A DNA stretch of 64,000 bases, taken from assembly GCF_009914755.1 (NCBI RefSeq), contig NC_060938.1; one strand, given 5' to 3'. The DNA is from the human T2T-CHM13v2.0 reference genome, Homo sapiens. Positions 56,422-64,000 of this stretch are shown piece by piece. The translations under genes and the position numbers were made by a program. The first letter of the stretch is position 1. The number at the start of each line of letters is the position of its first letter. The notes under the pieces were generated by a model. The model was not told the DNA's origin. It did not search any database and saw only the letters and a program-made list of their open reading frames with translations.

Positions 56422-58076
56422 GTGCAGGTGTGGGTTTTTTTTATTTTTATCAGTAGGAGACAGTTGTAACAGGATATATTAAACTCTTAAAGTGAAATTA
56501 CATATTGAAAGGAAAACTTCAAATTAACTGCATTTTCTTTCATTATTCTCTGTCTCAAACACTATTAGTCTTATCAAAATTGTTATGGAATTAATACCGA
56601 AATGTACTGATTTATGTGTTATGGTAGCTGCTTCTCCCAAGTTCTATAAAAATGCTATGAAGTAGAATTATTTTCAGAGTAGTGACCAGAAATAGGAAAA
56701 GAAGAATAGAATTAAATTTTTCAAACCAGGCAATTTATTTTTGAATGATCAAGAGTGGATTTCTAAAACTTAAAGTATAATAATAAAAAAGAGTGGATTT
56801 CTCAATATAGTAGTGGCTGTCTACCTTAATTTGTATCTGTTATTTTTAACTTCAAAATTTCAAAATAAATATTTTCATTGATCTGATTCTAATATTTAAC
56901 GATGAAAGGTGATATCATTTTCTTCATTCTCAGTCATCATCATTATTAAAATTGACTCCTAAAAGATTTAATTCTCTTTTTAGATATGCCTAATACAGAA
57001 AATATTCTGAGGACATCTTGTTCCTGTTTTAGGCATTACAAACTTTGATTCTTTAAATGATGATAAGTCATAAGTAAATACTTTTCCTGCTCTGCCTGTA
57101 AACATGGATACACGAAGGAAAAAAAGAGTAAAGAAGGTTTGAAATGATTTCAAAATAGTCTGAGGATTAAGTAGAAACAAAAGAAAGGTTATAACTGAGA
57201 GAAGAAATGTAAAACATAAGCACTGTATTACAACATTTACAATTTGGTGTATTTTTGCCTTTCTATTTTTAGAAAAACATTAGACTTACTTATTTAGATG
57301 AGACACAGAGAAGAGAGGGGAAAGAATTACTATAAAAAAGGGAAAAAGATATATAAATTTTTGCAAAATTCATAACGAAAGATGAAAAAGAAAGTTATAG
57401 TAAGTGTTGGGAGATAATATATATAATTTTATACAGTAATATTTTGGCAACTCATGAGGCTCATCCAAGGATGTGTCTTCTTTAGAAGATGGGATATTAC
57501 ATAATGGCATGCCATGGTGTACTGAAAACAGAACCCAGGGGGCCCCTGGTTCTAGGTGGTGATTGTCAAATAGACTATGACAAAGGATAATATGAGTATC
57601 CCTGATCCATTGTTCGCCTTGGAATGACTCTAAAACCACACAGGCCAATAAGTCCCATCATCAGAAATGCAGACAGCTCAAGCCTGAGAGCATATATTAA
57701 TGTTGTGCATTGTTGTCCAAACACATTAATTATAAACCTTTAAATAAGAAAGGTATAGAATGCTATTTATTTCACAGAGTTTTACATCCTATAAAGGAAT
57801 TCCTTTCAGTTTGATTTTTTTAAAAGAATATCTTCAAATATTGTTTTTTGAAATCCGAGGGAATTAATTTTGTACAAGTGTAAAACTGCTTATTAGTAAC
57901 AACTCTGTTTTAAGAACTCATCTTACACAAATGGCAATCATTAACAGCTAAGAGGATAGGACCAGGGAGGCTAGACATGGAGTCAAATCAGAATAACCCT
58001 AGAGTTTCCTAATTACTTCAATGAAAGAGTCAAAATTAAATACTCTCATCATTCCATGTAGTCCAAGTTAAAAAAA

Positions 58077-58080
<4 letters not shown>

Positions 58081-58120
<40 letters not shown>
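58081..58120. repeat. (TG)20 microsatellite
   Basis: Read directly from the sequence. Confidence 0.97.
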
Positions 58121-58123
<3 letters not shown>

Positions 58124-58920
58124 CTACTGTGAGATGGAAGCACAAAGCCAAAACAGTAGGGTCCAGGCAGCTGCACCAGGAAGAACATTTGGTCAAACTT
58201 GTTACTCAAAATAGAAATAAGAAAGAGAATTGTAAAGCTCTTAGAACAGAGGGGATTCAAACCTAGAAATAACAACGAAGAACATGTCTTAGTTTTACTA
58301 ACAGAATAGCACTGTGAAAAAATGGAAGCAATTTAAATTTTCTGTAGTACATTTATTTCTCAGGAAAATGGTTTCCCACTGTGAGCATCCTCTCCTTTAC
58401 AGGCTCTGTGCTCAGCAGTTCAAATATATTCAAGCCCCAAGAATACCTGTAAAGATTGTGGATTACAGAGTGAACCATAAGTAGGCATCAAAAATGAAAA
58501 AAATAAAAACAAAAAAAATAAAAACAAAAAAAGACCAGAGGTAGGTATGTATTGAAAAGAACTGAGCAACATATGATCCCCATTTTATTTTTACGTGACA
58601 TGAACGATACTACTGAAGTTCAAAGCTTTCCACTTTTCCCAGAAACCCAATTTAATTTCAAAGTGCACTTTGAAAGGATCGAAACAACAATAACAAAATA
58701 AACCCATAGATGAGTAATGTGCTTTCAGGATAGTCCCTGAAATAAAATCTGTAGGATCCCTACATAATTGATTGAGGACAGTAAATTGTTCTAATTAGAA
58801 ATATCTTAAAAGCAATGAAGACAATTCAACAGCTAACAATACTTTCAGGTGAGTGATTTTCTTTGCCATTAAAAGAAGCTTAATACACTCTAATTGCTTT
58901 CGTACCTTTAAATCCAACTT

Positions 58921-59227
58921 GCAAGCGCGGTGGCTCACGCCTGTAACCCCAGCACTTTGGGAGGCCGAGGCGGGTGGATCACGAGGTCAGGAGACTGAGA
59001 CCATCCTGGCTAACACGGTGAAACCCGTCGCTACTAAAAATACAAAAAATTAGCTGGGCGTGGTGGCGGGCGCCTGTAGTCCCAGGGACTCGGGAGGCTG
59101 AGGCAGAGAATGATGGGAACCTGGGAAGCGGAGCTTGCAGTGAGCCCAGATCGTGCCACTGCACTCCAGCCTGGGCGACAGAGAGAGACTCCGTCCCAAA
59201 AAAAAAAAAAAAAAGAAAGAAAAAAAA
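58921..59227 (+). mobile_element. AluY
   Basis: Y diagnostics 'gatcacgaggtcaggag', 'ccatcctggctaacacggtgaaacc', 'cggagcttgcagtgagc'; CpG-rich; long A tail. Confidence 0.96.
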
Positions 59228-60920
59228 GGTGTTCTCAATACAACTAGTGATTATGTTAGGTGAAGCCCACAAAGGTTGGTAACTAGGAATGATGGAAACA
59301 GACAAAAAGAATAACTGCTTCATACGGATGTTTCTCCAAACTTCCTGGATGTTAACAATTGCCTTAGGTATTTTTTAAAATTCTGCCAGAATATAAGTTA
59401 CATTTAAAAATACAAACTGTTGTTAAAATTACAACTTCCACCTAAGAGTCGCTAACTCAGAATCTCCCAGGGAAAGACAGGAAGCTCCGTGTTCCCAATG
59501 ATTACTATCAATGTAGAAGTTTTGGAAACACTGACGTCATGCGAACAATGAAGCATTTTTTTTTTAAATGGAGCATAAAAAAACAAATGACTAAAATAAG
59601 TGACATTTTTGCCTAGAATGTTTCAAAACTAAATAATTATTTGGACTTCTTCTTCATCCATCTCTCATATGGAAGTGATTGAACACGTTAGCAACATATA
59701 AACATCAGATGATCAAAGCACATAGAGTTTCAAAATTGAACTTTACTAGCAAAATTGAGACATTTATGTATCATTGTGGCTTGCCACAAAAATTGTGGAG
59801 GAGTTAATGATCATTTTAGAAAAGAAATCTTTGTGTGTGTGTGTGTGCATGTGTGTGTATTGCAGAAATAAACTAAAATCTAAGACTTGGAAAGGAACAA
59901 GATCATTCAGTTATTCAGTAGTCCTATAATTCCTAAAAACCCAGCTATATAACTGAGGGCAACAAACATTTTGTCATAGAAAATAGTTTTTAGCAAATTT
60001 ATATCTCAAATTAAATTTTTATTAAAATTACTTTATTTCCTTGTCCCATTCCACTGAAAAAATTCCTTTTAAAATTAGCTATCTACAATTTCCTGCTAGA
60101 AATCATATGAATGCTTGCACCCAAACATATAGTGCAATGATGGATATTGTGTGGACTATATGTCTTAGCCCTTGTTTACAGGATATTCACAATTTAGGTA
60201 TAGAATGAGGGGTCACAGACATACAAAAAATAAAATAGCAAATAATAAAATAAATAATATGCAAGATTACAAATAATTGTACATCTTACAACATATAAAT
60301 ATTGTGTATCATGCAAATGAAGCACCTGATGAAAAATAAAGTCAATTGGGTTTCATGTGTGAGCCTTGATTGATAAGCTCTACCTTCACATAGGAAGTAG
60401 TGACTGAGGAGAACTTTGAAAAATGAGAAAATTCACATATGTAAAGAGAGGGGTAGGGGATTATCTGGATGTAAGAGTTCTTAATTTCCAAGCAAACTTC
60501 TGGGAACAGGGTCATATACTTAGTATTATTAAAATAATAGATAACATTTTAAAATCACCAGTTATGTGTCAAACATTGTGGCAGGCACCTTTCATCTCAT
60601 TTAATCATCATATTTTTGTTTTTGCTTTTTGTTATTGTTTTGATTGCTTTCCTATAATAATGTAGAGGCTCAAAGGTTCTTCTGATTACTCCTTATGTAA
60701 TGGCATTACTTTAGTTTGTAATGGATACAACTTTAAATATAGTATTTTACTTCATCACAGTATAATTAATGGCCAAATACTCATTGAGAGGACTGATTAG
60801 GATGGATTACCAATGGGTATAATCTAAGAATGTTATTACAATACTCACAAACCTCTCTAGAACAATTAATGAAAGAAAAACTGGGTAGTTTAGCTTTAAA
60901 ATTCATTTCTCACTTACTAT

Positions 60921-60922
<2 letters not shown>

Positions 60923-60966
<44 letters not shown>
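60923..60966. repeat. (AC)22 microsatellite
   Basis: Read directly from the sequence. Confidence 0.97.
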
Positions 60967-60970
<4 letters not shown>

Positions 60971-61144
60971 CCTCTGTTGCTTTGTTGGTATCAGCAGACA
61001 TAAATCAGAGCTGACTGGACCTGAGATGGACCAAAGGTGGATGTGAGATCCAGGATAAAATAACACAAGGGATAGGAAAAATTAATCAAATTCTCTTTCT
61101 CACAAGTATTTGAATTAAATATTTAAATTAATATTTGAATTAAG

Positions 61145-63157
61145 GGAAATCCTAACTAAAGCAATCAGACAAGAGAAAGAAATAAAGGATATCCAAATAG
61201 GAAGAGAGGGAGTCAAACTATCTCTCTTTGCAAATGACATTACTCTGTATCTAGAAAACCCCATAATCTTGGCCCAAAAGCTCCTTTGGCTGAAAAACAT
61301 CAAAGTTTCAGAATAAAAAATCAATGTATAAAAATCATCAGCCTGCCTATGCATCAACAACAGCCAAATGAGAGCGAAATCATAAAGGCAATCCCATTCA
61401 TAATTGCCAGAAAAAAAATAAAGTACTCAAGAACACAGCTAACCAGGGAGGTGAAAGATCTCCACAATGAGAATCACCAAACACTGCTCAAAGAAATCAG
61501 AGATGACACAAATTGAAAAACATTTCATGCTCATTGATAGGAAGAATCAATATCATTAAAATGGCTATACTGCCCAAAGAAATTTACAGACTCAATGCTA
61601 TTCCTATCAAAATACCAAAGACATTCTTCACAGAACTAGAAAAACGATTTTAAAACTCATATTGAACGAAAAAAGCTAAAGCAATCCTAAGCAAACAAAA
61701 CAAAACAAAACAAACAAAAAAATAAAAACAAAGCCAGAGAGCCAGAGTCATCACATTACCAAACTTCAAACTATACTAAAGGGCCACAGTAACCAAAACA
61801 GCATGATACTGGTACAAAAACAGGCACCTACATGAATGGAACAGAATAGAGAGCCCAGAAATAAGTCCACACACTTAGAACCACCTGATCTTCGACAAAG
61901 CTGACAGAAAAAAGTGGAGAAATGACTCCCTATTCAATAAATGGTGCTGGGATAACTGGCTGAAGCTGGACCCCATCCTTATACCATACAGGAAAATTAA
62001 ATAAAGAGGGATTAAAGACTTAAGGGTAAAACCCTAAACTCACAAAAACCCTGGCAGATAACCTAGGCAATACCATCCTAGAGATAGAAACAGGCAAAGA
62101 TTTCATGACAAAGATACCAAAAGCAATTGCAACAAAAGGAAAAATTGACTAGTGAGATCTAATTGAACTCAAGAGCTTCTGCACAGCAAAAGACATTATT
62201 AACAGAGTAAACAGACAACCTACAGAATGAAAGAAAATTTCTGCAATCTATTCATCTGACAAAGGTCTAATATCCAGAGTCTACAAGGAACTTAAATTTA
62301 CAAGAAAAAAAACAAACAACCCCATTAAAATGTAAGCAAAGGTCATGAACACATACATTTCAAAAGAAGACATACATGTGGCCAAGAAGCATATGAAAAA
62401 AAGCTCATTATTACTGATCATTAGAGAAATACAAATCAAAACCACAATGAGATATCATCTCACACCAGTCAGAATGGCTATTATTAAAAAGTCAAAAAAT
62501 AACAGACGCTGGCAAGGTGGCAGAAAAAAGGGGAAACTTATCCACTGTTACTAGGAGTGAAAATAGTTCAACCATTGTGTAAAGCAGGATGGCGATTTCT
62601 CAAAGAGCTAAAAGCAGCATTATCATTTGATCCAGAAATCCTGTTACTGGGTGTATATCCAGAGGAATAAAAATCGTTCTACCATAAAGACACATGCAGG
62701 TGAATGTTCATTGCAGCACTATTCACAATAGCAGACATGGAATCAACTTGAATGCTCATCAATGACAGATTGTACAAGGTACATATACACCATGAAATAC
62801 TATGTAGTCATAAAAAAGAACAAGATCATGTCTTTTGTGGGAACATGGATGGAGCTGGAGGCTATTATGCTCAGCAAACTAGCACAAGAGCAGAAAACCA
62901 AATACTGCATGTTCTTACCTATAAGTGGGAGCTAAATTATGAGATCTTATAAGCACAAAAAGGGAACAACAGACACTGGGGTGTATGTGAGGGTGGAGGG
63001 TGGGAGGAGGGAGAGGAGCAGAAAATATAACTATGGGGTACTGGGCTTAATTCCTGGGTGGCAAAATAATCTGTACAATAAACCCATGTGACATGAGTCT
63101 ATCTACGTAACAAAGATTTGCAGGACCCCCACACGGAATATAAAAGTAAAAAAAAAA
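61145..63157 (+). mobile_element. 5'-truncated L1 (L1PA13-16-like), ~2 kb of ORF2 3' half plus 3' UTR
   Basis: ORF2 remnants (from 'atccaaataggaagagagggagtcaaactatctctctttgcaaatgac'; ORFs 61286 '...[27 protein letters not shown]' and 62345 '...IREIQIKTTMRYHLTPVRMAIIKKSKNNR'); many stops; G-rich 3' UTR and A tail. Confidence 0.96.
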
Positions 63158-64000
63158 TTGGATTAGGAACAATTAAGTGATTCTTGTTATATAACTGAGG
63201 CTGGGATTTACATCCTTATTTGGGTCTATGTGAAAACCGAATTGACAGATGGAGAGAGATAAAATAGAGATAAGCAGATGAGAGAGACAGGGAGATAACA
63301 CATCACCAGGTTTATCCTCAAGAAACAGAGAAGAAACTTCTTTTCCAATTTTCCAATTTCAATTCCAGCCTCTCTGTGACAAAGCTGTGCCTCATTTACA
63401 ATACAGGGATGTCCATGGGATAACTTGATGCCGCCTTTCAACTCACATTGTAATGAATGCGTTCTCATTCTTTGAATTACAGGGATACCTTTCAAGAGGA
63501 CTGTTATTTCAAAGTGAAGTCTACAAAATCCTCCTCTGAAATAGATGTTTAGAGCAGCGGGGTGGATGAGGCTTTCTGTACATACACATACACATGATAT
63601 ATTGGATATTAATATATTGATAATATATTACTCTCATGTTAATAACATATTATAATACAAAATTATATATGCATTCATTCATTCTGCAGGTACCTTCAGT
63701 TTTGCTTTCTGACCCTTGCACTTTACCGGGCACAATGTAAGTAAAAGAAGGAGTTGAAGAGAGAACAAGAAGGGTAATTGAATTACTTCTAGAAAAAACA
63801 AGGCCAAGTGTTTGAGACACACCACCAGCTCAGAGGCAGTGAATTGAAGTAATTGTAACTAAGGAAGATAGTGAAGGTGCCACTAAGGAAGTAACTCTAT
63901 TCTTTAAAATGGAACCAGAATCATAAATTACTACTTTCTCAACAAAAGTCACAAAGATTTATGACAAACGCTTGCCAAAACACTAAAAAGGAGAAGCCAA

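Noticed and set aside
57531-57553. Small GC hairpin agaacccagggggcccctggttct
   Set aside because: Only a 10-bp stem with a bulge; not a meaningful terminator in eukaryotic DNA.
61286-62952. L1 ORF2 peptide fragments
   Set aside because: 5'-truncated with many stops; cannot encode a functional ORF2p.

Overview
AT-rich primate (very probably human or great ape) non-coding DNA, either intergenic or deep intronic. I found no intact protein-coding exon, CpG island, RNA gene or CRISPR array. The only gene-derived sequence is a full-length, frameshifted RPS15A processed pseudogene on the minus strand (40866-41345) with a 15-bp target-site duplication (TSD). The rest is ordinary mammalian repeat content: 15 Alus (J, S and one Y), L1, L2 and MIR fragments, an MLT1A-type MaLR provirus with both LTRs, solo LTRs (MER34/39-like, MLT1, LTR16-like, MER21-like), DNA-transposon relics (two MER44/Tigger7, one MER30) and microsatellites. 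Repeat family names come from my recall of consensus sequences, not from a database search, so subfamily calls are provisional. I see no evidence of a new multi-gene system. The most unusual structures are: (1) a 40-bp-arm near-perfect hairpin at 35250-35369 that I cannot assign to a family; (2) a ~127-bp inverted local duplication inside the MaLR internal region; (3) an AluY with no TSD; (4) a repeat-poor block at about 34.2-36.9 kb with clusters of transcription-factor motifs.
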